From assembly GCF_002105155.1 (NCBI RefSeq), contig NW_019028995.1, positions 558,001 to 622,000 on the forward strand: DNA of 64,000 nucleotides. The letters are read 5' to 3'. Of this stretch, positions 51,138 through 64,000 are shown in pieces. This DNA is from Lobosporangium transversale. Lineage: Eukaryota. Numbering within the stretch: the stretch's first letter is position 1; the number at the start of each line of letters is the position of its first letter. A model generated the notes under the pieces. The model made no database searches and was not told the origin of the DNA. It saw only the letters and a program-made list of their open reading frames with translations. The position numbers and the translations under genes were made by a program.

Positions 51138-51768
51138 ATGTCTGAAGATACTGGAAGCTCAAGCACCAATAATCCACGCCCAGGTACTCCTGTTGGTCGG
51201 GGCGCAGGAGCTTCAGGGACAACATCAGCGCTAGGAAGTATCGGGTCCATCCATACACCTACAGCTACACCAGCAGGGCGTTTATCATCTCTTCGTGGAG
51301 GGCGCGGGGGCGCTATCGGATCTTCTGCTTCCACCCGTGGCGGGACCATGAAAGTAATGAATCGGTGGAAGGATACATTATAGTTTGTGTCTCCCTCTTC
51401 GAAATGAACTGGATAGATCAGCTGGGATTCTTACTTTTTTTTTACCTTTTGCTTTTGCTAGATGAAATTTGCACCAACTATTCCTACAAAACGTAACAAA
51501 AAAGATGTGTATGTCTCGTTAAGGATCTTTGTCTATGTTAATCCTTAATTTCAATAGGATAGCATTATATGATATTTACATTCAAACTGTGAACTTGGCC
51601 ACGATATTGATTTCGATCTCTCTTTTTTTTTTTGTACTTGAATAGTGCACCTTCGTTACTTGAAGAAGCTAGAGCCGGGTCAGAAGCAGGAGGATCGGTA
51701 AAGAAAGAAAAATGCTACGGCGGAACGATACCCTTACCTGAGAATATTACGGCATGGCGACATTGCTC

Positions 51769-51811
<43 letters not shown>

Positions 51812-53435
51812 AAATAGTCTCGTGGACGTGGAGAACGTGGAGAGAGGGGTAGTGGAAGAGGACGTGGACGTGGACGTGGTCGCTTCGAAGATGTTGCTGC
51901 AACGGCATCTGGACCTTTTTCACTTGGTCCAGCAGCATTCGGTAAGCAAATATTGAGAGTCACGTCATTACCCTTCGTCATCTTCCTCAAAAGCACCGAG
52001 TTTTTTTTTTGTGTTTTCTTATGAACTTCATGGTGACCTACAACTGATCCCAAACTTTTATTTTATTTTACTTTATTTTTTTTAAAATAAAAATAAAAAT
52101 AAAAATAATCTTCAAAATTGCATTAGCCCGTTCAAGGGTTGTTGCCTCAGGAGGAGGCACCAGTGGTGCGCATTCGAGCTACACAGGTGTTCAGGCGGTC
52201 AAAGTAGAGCAAGGCGAAGGATTGTCTGGTGAAGATCGGGAATATTACGGTGCTGCAGCTGTAGATATGAAGTTTGGATCGACAGCAACAGATGCCTCAG
52301 CGCCAACAGGATTGGAAAGCCCTAAAGATGAAACTAAATCGGGTGTTACAACAGGAACCAAAGAAGATAAGATGAAGGAACAGGAGTTGGAGCAAAAGAC
52401 CAAGACAGAACTTGGCCATACCAAGACTTTTGAGGGCAATAACCAAGGTGTATATGGTAAAGTCAAATTAGCAACTTTGGACTTTGTGTCCTTTTTATGG
52501 TTACTACGTTGTAATTAGATATTTATGTATCTGCTAATGATTTACACACTGGATTTAATCGATGTCACTTGATACAGATGGTGACGATGAAGACATCAAG
52601 CCTAAAATTGAAGGTCCAGCCCGAGATCTTTTGCCTTCAGTAAGTGCTTTGTATTTATTCTGTTGGCCTAGTTCGATTTACATTTACGACCACACAATCT
52701 ACTGACTAATATTTGAATTACTTCAATGCGTCCTTTTTTTTTTTCCCTCTCGTTCAGTTTGAAACGGATAGGCTGTTTTTCTTCCAATTTCCTAGTGTAA
52801 TGCCTGCATTCAAACCTCGGGTTGTGACCGATATTCCCATGTCTTCTGTCATCTCTTCTTCAGTTTCATCTCCTGAAAGATCATCATATAGTACACCGGA
52901 CAACGTTGAGAAGACTGAAGACTCTGAAGATGGTCTTTTAGCTGTAAAGGCCGAGCCTATGGATGTGGATCGATCCACTTTGATTGCAGACAATACAGAT
53001 CTATCTCAAATCAAGACCGAGCAGTCTGAGAGTAAAATTGGGATCCCAATTCCTGGAGGAGCCTTAATGTCGTCGTCATCATCCTCAGCGCCGGTAGGCC
53101 AGCGTGCTAAACCGAAAGTGTCAACAACAACTGGTGGTGGCAATACTCTTAACGGATCAAACCCTGTCGAAAAGGAAGAAGTAACAGAAAGCCATCTACA
53201 GCAAGAGGGAAAGATTGGACGTTTATTAATCTATAAGTCTGGCAAGGTCAAGATGCAGATCGGAGACATTGTGATGGATGTATCTTCAGGTGCAGACTGC
53301 TCATTTTTGCAGGATGTGGTTGTGGTCGATTCGGCTAACAAGCAGGCATTCGTGATGGGAACAGTTGATAAACGTTTAATCTGTGTCCCTAACCTAACAC
53401 ACCTTTTGAGCGGTTTGGAAGCATCGGATGTATAG
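51138..53435 (+). CDS. RPC53: RNA polymerase III subunit RPC4/C53
   Basis: C-terminal EGKIGRLLIYKSGKVKMQIGDIVMDV...FLQDVV...VPNL domain; KFAPTIP motif; RG-rich segment. Confidence 0.9.
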
Positions 53436-53665
53436 ACATTACAGTCCTAATCTCTCTTTCTCTTTCTATTTTGCCAAACAGAAAAAAAAAAAAAAAAAAA
53501 AAAACAGTTGGCTGCTGAGATAAGAATTTCCACATCGATCTTTTGTTTCCATTTTTTTTTTTTTTTTTTAATATAGACATATATTTTTCAGATTATTATT
53601 ATTATTATTATTATTATCTCAAAACCAAAGCTAACGCACTTGACGTATTGACAAAGAGAGGAAGG

Positions 53666-53697
<32 letters not shown>

Positions 53698-53738
53698 ATA
53701 AGGCTAAAAGGTACTTTCTTTTTCTTAAGAAAGAAGCT

Positions 53739-54212
53739 TCAAAACAAGCCTTTGTCATTTGCAAATCTCAATCCAAAATTGAACAGAACAGAAACCAGGA
53801 TGATGAGACAGAGAACTGTAGGGCCGAATCGATCGTCGTATGGGCCTGGCTCCCTCATTCGAATCCGGTTTGCTCTCCAATGAAAAGTGGCCAATGCGTA
53901 GATCATCACGATAATGGAGACCAAGATGAAGACGCCTGCAGAGATACGTCCAATCTTATCACCGAAATTCAATAGACCGATCGCAAGTGTCCCCAAGATG
54001 ACTGTAAAGTTGAGCCATGAAAGAAACGTGCGTTCGTTTGCAAAGAAGACCTTGGGCTCAACTCGAACAGGTAATGCAATCCGTTTCCCAGGTGGAGCCT
54101 GTAACAAGGGCAGAGTGGATGAAGGAGAAGGCATAGTTGCACTGTGAATGTGATGAGTCGATGACGAAGGTCCTCCTACTCCTACTCCTGGTGCTGTTGA
54201 TCTGCCTGACAT
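53739..54212 (-). CDS. VTC1: Vacuolar transporter chaperone 1
   Basis: [27 protein letters not shown]...[12 protein letters not shown]. Confidence 0.95.
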   Translation of the reverse strand: MSGRSTAPGVGVGGPSSSTHHIHSATMPSPSSTLPLLQAPPGKRIALPVRVEPKVFFANERTFLSWLNFTVILGTLAIGLLNFGDKIGRISAGVFILVSIIVMIYALATFHWRANRIRMREPGPYDDRFGPTVLCLIILVSVLFNFGLRFANDKGLF

Positions 54213-54875
54213 GATGGTATCCGGTATCTATAAGGGAGGAAGAGAAGGAAAAAAAAAAGTCATTGAGGTTGTGCGCTGGGAAAAAGAAAAAAAAAAAATT
54301 AATGTGGCTGGTTGTGACGAAGTGATTTCATTTTAGCGGTGAATTTTCAGTAAGAGTAAAAAGGAGGCTGAAACAAAATGCAGACATGGTGCCAGTGTCT
54401 GAAAGATGTAGGATATCCTTATAGTCCCCATATACGCATAATCAGGAATCCTATTAGATCAACTTCATTGTCACGTTGTGCATATTTGGTATCTGGAAAG
54501 CCTGTCAATAAGAACCTCTTTTATTTTTCGCTCGTGATTTGACAAGCAATCAACCAATGAAATCATAAACAAATCCATAATCTTTGAAGAAAGGTCTGTG
54601 TTTGAGAGATATTATATTTATGGAAATTATGCTGAACTTTTTTTTTTTTTGATATTATATATACATTCATGAGCAGGGAAGAGACAATTTGGAAAAGGGT
54701 ATGGTATCACAATAGTTCGATTCATCTATCTATAGTAGGCAAAGAGCTATAGTCGAAATGGAAATTACGGGGTTTACGGATAAAAATACAGGAATAGAAG
54801 TAATTATTAAGGTACTGGGATATGTTGAATATAAAAAAGAAAAGAAAAAAAGAATAGGTCTCTGCACGAATGGAC

Positions 54876-54902
54876 TTAGAGAGCGTGAACGACGGGCAAA
54901 CC

Positions 54903-54938
<36 letters not shown>

Positions 54939-57728
54939 GCAAGCACAGTGTTAGATAGAGCCTGGTTCGTGCATACAACGAATGTAGAGTCGTTTTAACA
55001 AACTCTATACTCATCACACTACTATACTTACAAAAGGATGTCTCCAGCCACACTGAAATTGACTCTTATGATAGCCTTCGCCGCTAGTGGAGGAATTATA
55101 TCCGAGATGGCCTTGCAAGAGAGCCTTGCTGATGACTATAGTACCTGCACAGCTGGAGCAATAGTCATGCTTGCCCAGCATACAGTTCTGAAGTGTAACG
55201 TCTGGAGGAGAAGCAATTCCGCCACGCTCATGTTCTAGAACATCGTTTTCGAGAATGAACGTCGCTGCCAAAGCGACTGATCGCTTAAAAATCAAGCCAC
55301 TACCTCCAGTCGCAATAAAAGCGCCACAGTGATCGGGCACCTGTCTGTTGGCTTCATACAGGATGTTGAGCATTTCTTGCCAGCCATTCTTACAGAACGG
55401 AAAGTCATCCTCCATAATGCCCAGATAGACTGTATCCTCTGATGTTCCAATTTTGCGGATTGCGCTGATGAGATGCTTGCGTTGGCTCTTTTCAGATCCC
55501 TCTTCTCTGACCCATTTGACATGTTTGCGTGCCTTTGGGATAGTATCGAAATAGCCCTTGGCTTGATCGTATGCTTCAAAGTCTGTGAAGTGAGTGTAGA
55601 CAACAATTTGGATTCGAGAATACAAAGGATCCACATACTCTTCTGGGAAATTGTCTAGATATGATGTCAATGTTTCCTTGATGTAGGCAACACCATTTCT
55701 GCGAGGTGCAGTCATCAAGACAAGGGTGAGCAAATAGGGTATCTGGGGTTCGATAGCTGTGTTCAGTTGTTGGCTTGTGACATCAGGCTTGTAGGTATGA
55801 AGTTGATTACATCCGATAAGGACCACAAAAAGCAAAATGATCATAGGAACAATGTAGGTGATGGCTTTCCAGAAGGTGAACAAGACAGATTTTCTTCTGA
55901 CAGATGATCCTCCTGAAGGGGTGACATCATTGTATGATGCAGTTGCTGGTTGTACAACCAAAAATTCGCTATCAGCTTCCTTGGTCAGGGTCATAAACAA
56001 TTGCTCCTCTTCGCAAACATTCACGATCGGGTCGGAGTCTTCCCATTGCTCCTTTTCAAACGCTGAGGTCTTTACTTTGCCTCCCCATCGACCCATCCTA
56101 CGTTGGTAAGAAATCACAAGAGCGACAACAAATCCGACAATAAGACCACTGCCAGCCCACCATACAATAGTCTTTGGAATCACATTGAGGAGGCAAAGGA
56201 CAACTTGGATATATATTCGACGGATGTTCCGGATAGATGTCCTATTGACGTCGACAGTCGAATTGTGAGGAAAGAGTGCTTGCACGACCAACAATGCAAA
56301 CAGGAACGGTGCCAATCCTAAAATGTAAATATACGGAAGAAATAATTAGTGCAACGTCCATATGAAGATTGACAAAAGAAGCTCGAAGAACACGATATCA
56401 TATGGATGTCAGGTCAAATCCAACTTCAATGGCCTCACATGCGACAAAGTGCAGAGATACTGATGTCACTTGTCATCTCATGTTGACATTTGGATATGAC
56501 ATGCTTCTTTTTTTGTTTCTTTGTGGCGGTGTGAATGCACAAGAATAAGCGAAAAAATTGTCCGTGCAGTTGTGCTGCTATTAGCTTAAAATAAAAATAA
56601 ACGCTTGCCTTTCCCAGAGGTTGGGCAACACAGCCATGAGCATAGATGCCCCCTCTCTCGCACTGCCACCAACTAACTTGACAGTTGAATCTTTGTCCGC
56701 ATTTGCACCTCATTGCCAGAATTGTGAGGCAGCATGTCAAATCTGGCCAACAAGTTGGGATGATTGAGCATGAGGTTGTTCAAAAGGGACAAATTGAAAC
56801 AAAAAATCACTGCAACACCAATAATCATAATAAACCGCAAAGCTGATCTGATCTAGATCCTTTCCCCTGTTCGGTACACATTTGAATGAAGAATAGCTAA
56901 TGAATGAAAGAATTATGACTTACCAAGATTACATTCATACATCGAATCACTGAAAAACAGTTGAGGAAATTGCCAGCCCAGTGCTCTGGAGAACAAAAAG
57001 CCCAAAAGTTGTCGCAGTGCCAGTACAAGGATCGTAATCACCAGAAAGAGATTGCGGAAGATTCTAGTGCCATTACCGTTAAAGACTGTTGTCAGACGCT
57101 CCTCGAACAGTGCAAACGAGATGATGTTCGACATTCCTAATAGTAAAGACGTGCCGATGGTCTGTTGAGCTGAGCTCAAGAGTGTTGATGATAGCGGAAC
57201 GATAAAAGGCGACGCCACCAGTGCAGGATACTGAGCTGCATGGAGAACATGCGAAGGGTCTGAGCAGTGATCTGGAAAATGTCCAGCTAATGCGATCAAG
57301 CTTTGTACAACTGTCAACATCAAAACAATCCTGGTAACGGGTTGGGTGAGCAACGATGCAAGTGATGCATTGCTCGAGACAGCAGTTACTGAGCTAGGGA
57401 ACTCTGGAGCAATAGGAGAAGTGTTTTGGGATGCTAATGTAATCACAGCGCTACTGCTGTTATTGGTGAAATGGCTAGTGGAGGGAGGTGGTGAACCTGG
57501 AATATTTGCAAATGTCTTGAGTTGAAATGGTTTGGGTGATTGTGGTGGTGTAAGGACAGCTGAAGTGGAGGAGAGCATAGAGGCTGGAGAAGATGGCCTT
57601 GACGGTGCAGAGGAAATGGAAGAGGTATAAGAGTATGTTGTATGAGAGTGGGTATGTGGAGTCAGATGCTGTGAGGATGTGGAGGGGTGTACTGGTGTAG
57701 GACACCTCTGCTGTGATATTGAGGACAT
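54876..57728 (-). CDS. Multi-pass membrane protein with a C-terminal GT-A-type glycosyltransferase-like domain
   Basis: N-terminal S/P-rich region and several TM helices, then MTAPRR...Y..ETL, YLGIMEDDFPFC, ATGGSGLIF, HLGYNSS. Last exon reads GWRHPF-NGLPVVHAL*. Confidence 0.72.
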
Positions 57729-57959
57729 TGCTGTAAAAAACTGCTTTGCCGATCGATAAAAAATTGTGAATGAAAGAACTGCTATTAGAAAAAGAAAGAG
57801 AAATAAGGGCTAAGTAAAGATACATATTTAATAACAATGCCAAACAAGATACAGAAGAGATAGAGGGGATATCTTTACCTGCTATAGTGTTAAAAAAGCA
57901 AAAGGCAAGAGAAACAAAGACAAGACAATAAAAAAAGGATGGGAGATAGAGATAAAAAA

Positions 57960-58125
57960 AAACACAAAGACAAAGACAAAGACAGAGACAGAGACAGAGA
58001 CAGAGACAGATAAAAAAGAATGAATGAATGAATGAAGAAGAGGATGGAAGGGAAGGGGAGGGGAGGGGAGGGAAGGGAAAGGAAAGGAAAGGAAAGGAAG
58101 GGAAGGGAAGAGAAGAAGGGAAGTG
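57960..58125. repeat. Purine-rich low-complexity and microsatellite block (GAGACA, GAAT, GGAAA/GGGGA units)
   Basis: Read directly; it explains spurious ORFs 57475-58203 and 57882-58226. Confidence 0.85.
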
Positions 58126-61100
58126 AAGATGCAGATCGTAGAAGAAAGAGGAAGAAGAGCTAAGAGGTAAGGACCTCTTTTTATTAAAGACAACAGGGAC
58201 CAATTTTTACATGATTTAGTTGACATAGAATATTAGAAATATAAGAATAGATTTTACTGTTTGTATGATGTAAAAAACCCATCGGTACGATCATACTCCC
58301 CCCATTAACAATTGACCATTGACCAATGACCTTGACACCGCCCCTCTACCCATCGCCATTGACATCGCCACTGACATCGCCAAACCAGCCCATTTCCCTA
58401 CTTACTCAGTAGAAAAGAAATCATCCAGAAGACCTGATTCCAAATCCACGTCTTGGAGCTTTTTTATTGACTCAATGGAATGAAATACCGGTTAAATAGT
58501 ACGTTTAATGTAATCTGGTTGGTCTAAAATAAATAAAAAATAAAATAATCGTAGAAAGGTATGGACAAATCATCATATGCTTTCATATTCATTCTCTGGG
58601 CTACTTTTCTAGGCTATTTTGTCATTGATGGACTTCCAACTGGACCCGGTATTTTGTCTAACCTTTTTTTTATATGTCATAAGTTAATATTCCCTCATCC
58701 CTTTCTGCTTCAAGCTTCGTTGCAACGGACAAGGCGAGGAAGGCCATAAGAAATGACATTAAAAGAGGTACTGTGTCCCATCTCATCGGCAATAAAAAAA
58801 ATAAAAAAATAAAAAATAAAAAGTTATAGTTTACTCACAGATGTCCTCTTTATTGCAGCTCATGAAATATCTCCAGTCCTTAATGTATCCTTCAATCTTG
58901 GTCGCTTCGACCAACACGACATTGTTGGAGCTTGGCACGATTGGATCAACCTTAGCTTAATTGCTTAAAAATTTGTGAGCCCCGCAGCCGCCAGCTCCTG
59001 TCGCTCTAACTTTTTCTTTCTAATCCTCCTTAATCTTATGAAATACGCATCCTTCTACTGTACATGCTTATCCTTCTCTGAAAAGGCTCCTTATCCCTTT
59101 TTACTCTCACATTCTCCATACTTTTCCCCATGGTCATGTTCTATTGAGGATTATTGATCCAAATGTAGATCCATAAAATGAAAAAATGAAAAAAAGGATG
59201 TCAAACATTCCTTCTCCTCTTCTCCCTTAATATACGTATTCCATGTATAAAAATATATATGCATGTGCTGGTGTAATTGTAACCTTACAGGTGATGCGTT
59301 ACGATTGGATGCTCTCACAGATAAACCCTGGAGCAGCGACCCCGACATTTTAAACTTTTGCCAGTAAAAAAATGTAACCTCGAATGCCATGACAGTGGGT
59401 TCACTATAAATGTATATATTTATACATGTGTGTGTATAAAAAATATACACACGACGCTTACTTTTTGAATGGTAACACAGATGTATCACATATTATGTAA
59501 ATTAGTAAAGTATTCAGACCTTTGAAAGACTCAAGCCTGCACAGCCATCCAGCTGAAGCATCCCAGAATTTTTTTGTAGCTCTATCTACGTGATCTTTGC
59601 TCACAAAAATAGGTAAATACATACATAAAATAATTACATGAAGCCCTAATGATACTACGAATTCAGCTCATTTGGTCGCGAAACTAAAATATATATTTTT
59701 AAAGTATTAAACGATAATAGAATCCATTCGTTGTTTTTACATTCATACACATCATGAATGTCGCGATAGATACTACCCAAGTTGAACTTCTTAAAAAAAA
59801 TAAACTAGCCAACCTAAAGCCTAAAGCTTAAAGTCTTGATATGCTAACGTATCATATCTCAAACTCTTTATTACACTCATATCGCCACTGTTTTCTATTG
59901 CCATCAGCCATCATCTCTTCCGTCCTGAGGTCAAAGTATGTGCATCCAACACGCTACAAGGTGAACTTGTGTTAAAAGCCAACCTTATGAATCTATTTCT
60001 CCTCGGGGCTGGTAGGTCAGTCCAGCCAGAAAGATTACCAAGAAGTATAGGACAAATTGAATCAAGAAGGAAGGCTTTCATACGGAGTAGAACTCTTCCA
60101 ACTATGCCAAACAGATCTTATTTTCATGAATCATCAGGATGTTTTCAGTTACATTCATGGAGGGATCAGTCTTTGAGCTACAGAGCATGCTTCTTACTAT
60201 AACCTGGATTTTTGAATTTATAAGCTACACAGAATCGATTAAAGTAAGAAGAGTTGAAGGAAAAGGAGTTTAAGGAGTAAACTGCCCAATCAAGTGGGGT
60301 GTCCGATCCATCCGTGGAGCGAGAGATCAAGGATACGGCTCGTTACTCTCTTAAGGATTCGGTCTTGAAACACAACGCAGATGGAAAAGCATATGTCTTG
60401 GTAGGAATCAAATGTCTCAAGTGAAAAGGTCCCAAGGTCTATTGAGCCTTGAAGAAGAGTGTTTCTTGTTAGCCGTGGGTATGAGGGAGCCACAATATTT
60501 TAACATGCAAGAAATCCTCCACAATACGTATGAATGTGTTGAGCATGTGGTTAAAAGAACAGGGCGCCACTATGTTGCAGTATCAGCCACATTACTTTCG
60601 TTGCAAAAACAAAAAACAAGCAAACAAACCGAGAATCATGAGAGATATGGCGATCAGCAGGAGCTTACAAAGCCCTGCAAGGCTATTGAGTCGTGCGATA
60701 TCCAGTCAAAATGTTTTATATTACATGGTGTACTTTTTCAATAAAACAAAGACAAATTCTTGAAGTCCCGACTATGTCCTACGTGCGTGATAATAGAAAG
60801 AGTTTTGGACAAAAGAAAAAAAGTGGAGCAAGAGCTTTGGTTTTAGTGATGTTTTTTTCCTCCTCCCTATTGGACTTTCATTTAATGGCTCCAGCAACGC
60901 GCTCCCACGTTCGGCAACTCCTTTGTTCATTATTGAAACTGATGTGCGCAGGTACCAAAAGATCAGACTGTTGCTGGTTACACGAACAAACCTTATTTTC
61001 TTTCATTTTATTAATCTATTTATAGTGGTATTAATTTTACACCATGTCTCCCATCTTTCATCTAACCCCTCACCATTAACATCATTTGTTTTGTTTTTTT

Positions 61101-61175
61101 TTTTTTTAAACCACAATTCATTCGACTCATTACATTAATTCACTTTTGCTTCATCCACCCAAGTATATTAAGCTC

Positions 61176-61563
61176 ATGCGATCCTTTATTGCTCTCCCTT
61201 TAAGTGTTCTACTTGTGTCCACATTAGTGGTCCGTTCGGAGGCACAACAGCTTTGCAATGGCTATGCAGAACTGTGTGGCAAGACCTATGACAAGGTCGC
61301 ATACGCCACTACTCACAATGCCTATGCATATACACCACCAGGGTCATTAGCTACTAACCAGGATAACGACATTCCCACTCAGTTGAAGGATGGCATCCGC
61401 GCCTTCATGTTAGACGGCTATCCTACGACCCCCAACAGTCCAAACGACATTCAGCTGTGCCACACTTCCTGTAATGACCTTCAGCTTTATCTACTTTAAA
61501 GATTTCTTTTTTTTTCTCTTTCCTTCTCTACCTTCACTTTGAATCCATTACTGACAGTTTTTT

Positions 61564-61603
<40 letters not shown>

Positions 61604-62878
61604 CAGGCGATATGCTAAATGCTGGTCCACTTTCTAAGGTTTTGGGACAGATCAAAACTTTTATGGACGAGAACCCTAATGAGGTATGTCCCCACCCCCT
61701 TTCGGGATAGACTATAATGCAAACTTGATCGAGTTTGTTGACAAGTACATAATTGGTTAACGCGTCTTTGTCCTTCTAGGTCATTACAATTCTTTGGGAG
61801 AACGCTGGCAACTTGAAGCCTGCTCAATTTCGGGTATGATTTTTTCAAATGCGTTCAATGGAGGGTTTAATTTTTTCCTTTATTCTAGACATTCATGTGC
61901 TCTGTTGCTCTTTATTATTTTTATCCACTCTATCCTATAGGCCGCCTACACTGCCGCAGGAATGGACAAGTATTCTCATGCTCAGACTGCTGGTACCACT
62001 GCATGGCCTACGCTTGCCCAGATGATTTCGAGTGGAAAGCGTTTGGTTACTTTTCTTGATAAAGGCGCTGATGCCTCTGTTCCATGGTATAGTGCACCAG
62101 AGATACATCCATATAAAATTCTAGTTGTTTTTCCCACTTCATCATATAATAACTGTAATATATAATAGCGAAAGGGTGTAGAATCTAATTATCTTTTTCC
62201 TCTCGATCATGTTTTTACGTATTTATTTTAGGTTAATGGCAGAGTACAATTTTATTTTCGAGACTCCATGGCACGTTACTAAAGATAGCCCTTATCCTTG
62301 TACCATTGATCGCCCTAAGGATCAGCGCAAACAGGTACGATGGTGATCTTGACATAGATTATGTTCTAGAGCCAAAAGTTTCTTGATTCAAGTATCAAGT
62401 ATAACAAACCCATCTCTAATTTTTATTTTTTTATTTTTTATGCTTTGCTTCTCATTCGATCTGTTTGATGATGAAAAAGATGTACGTCCTGAACCACTTT
62501 ATTTATGGACAATTCGAATTGGGTGGCGAATCCATTAGCATACCTCAACCGGGTGCTGCAAATCAAACGAACAGTGCTGATCTGACGAGCCACATCAATG
62601 ACTGTCAGAAGACATTTAAGCAGATCCCTAGCTTTATTGCTGTGGATTTCTATCAAAAGGGATCAGTTATGCAGGCATTAGCCCAAATCAATGGAGTCAA
62701 GTGGAACCGCCAAGAGCCCACCCAGAAGGGAGTAACGGGTGGGTCTGGAGCTGGATCAGGGTCGGGAAGTGGCTCAGAATCAGGGTCCAAGAATGAAGCT
62801 CTAGGACGAAGGTATACCAACATTGGAGCCATGACTGTAGTTGCTTTGGCGGGGGGTATTGCTATGATGGCTTTTTAA
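61176..62878 (+). CDS. Secreted, probably GPI-anchored PLC-like phosphodiesterase (PI-PLC X-domain-like)
   Basis: Signal peptide; CNGYAELC...THNAYA...NQ...TQLKDGIRAFMLD...LCH; NPNEVITILWEN; LNHF; FIAVDFY; GS linker and hydrophobic C-terminal tail. Confidence 0.9.
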
Positions 62879-63119
62879 TTTAATAATACTTCACACGCAT
62901 ACGTAGACTATTCACCTTTTTTATTTTGTAGTTGTAGTTATTGTTGCTCTCTTCTAATTGGGCAAGTCTTTTTATTTATTTATTTATCTTAACTCTGGGT
63001 CGTAACGGTAGTTGGTAATAATAATATTCAATAAATATCCCGTTTAATTTATCCTACAACACATTTAAGATGTTGAAATGAGACCTGACAATGGCCTTTT
63101 ATTGTGTGTGTGCACAGTT

Positions 63120-63153
<34 letters not shown>

Positions 63154-64000
63154 ACCCATGTTTATGCTGAAAAAGTTGCAACAAGAATGGTCATTATCTT
63201 TCCAGTTTGCGTATATGGTTAACCACTATTTTGAACATGTCGATGGTAATATTAACTGTCTCATTGATGACATCCTTTAATCTCTATCTTTCAGTGTTAG
63301 AATATACAAAACACTCTCATACATCGTTTCTCTTCATAACCCGCGGCATCAACGGTAGCTACTAGCCATAGCTATATTTCAAGGCCTGGTTTCAAAAGAT
63401 CGGACATCGTTTCATCGTGTTTTCATATACGTAAAGCTGAAAAAAAAAAAAAAAAAAAAAAAAAAAAGACATGGTTTTTTAATAGACCTATTGGTATTTG
63501 GGCATATGATGACCTGTTTATCCCTGGTAGCATCCGGATATTATTATCTATTCAGAAAGTATGGAGGCTTGAAGATCTTTAACAGGATTTGTTCATTTTC
63601 AACTAGATACTAGATAGTGCCAAATCTTTGCCTAGACGCGTTTTCGTTGAACATCTTCAGTGAATCATTATTGTTCTAACGAGATTTGGAATAGTTCATC
63701 GTTCTAGATTATTATTTGACTACCCAGGAAACAAAGAAAATTACAAATGAGGTACATGTACTTAAGAGATTTTATACTTTGGAGACGCAGGAAGAGGACC
63801 TGAAGCGTGCAGAAGACGCAGCGGTCTATTGGAGTGGTCTAGTTCAGGTCAATATGAGGATGAGTGTATTTAATATTGTCAATGTTTCTATTTTCCTAAC
63901 ATGGTATGGTCTATGACATAGTTGAAACCGATGGTGTTGAGACGGAAGTTGGAGCTTCAGGAGGACAATCGATGTCAAAAGAGCTTAAATGTATTGTGTA

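Noticed and set aside
58400..61100. Short ORFs and a coding-looking stretch near 59900-60750
   Set aside because: Multiple stops in all frames and no identifiable family; at most an unrecognisable relic.
63716..64000. 66-aa ORF at the right edge
   Set aside because: Non-ATG start, no recognisable motif, and context truncated by the window.
1..64000. CRISPR arrays, tRNA or rRNA genes
   Set aside because: No repeat-spacer arrays or recognisable tRNA/rRNA sequence seen. Running tRNAscan-SE and Infernal would be needed to exclude them formally.

Overview
Intron-rich eukaryotic DNA, almost certainly fungal. The gene content and roughly 80-100 nt AT-rich introns suggest an early-diverging lineage such as Mortierellomycota/Mucoromycota, but that is an inference. 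Most of the window is housekeeping genes reconstructed across introns: inositol monophosphatase, a large homeodomain protein, an AidB-type acyl-CoA dehydrogenase, NECAP, a GRIP golgin, a tetraspanin-like protein, a RING protein, TUP1, a FAR1-domain factor, BUD6, PRE10, RPS14, a CCCH protein, a PQ-loop protein, RPC53, VTC1, a membrane glycosyltransferase-like protein and a GPI-anchored PLC-like phosphodiesterase. The standout is at 1-3356. Six apparently unrelated ORF fragments join through three canonical introns and five short homopolymer indels into one protein of about 1,030 aa or more. It fuses an N-terminal XPG/EXO1-type PIN 5' nuclease to a Fanzor/TnpB-type RuvC nuclease, with the visible catalytic residues of both domains intact. 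Downstream are a GC-rich hairpin and a perfect 83-nt intron in the region where an omegaRNA would be expected. The 5' end of this gene and any left element boundary lie outside the window. All exon models are read by eye and unverified by transcripts.
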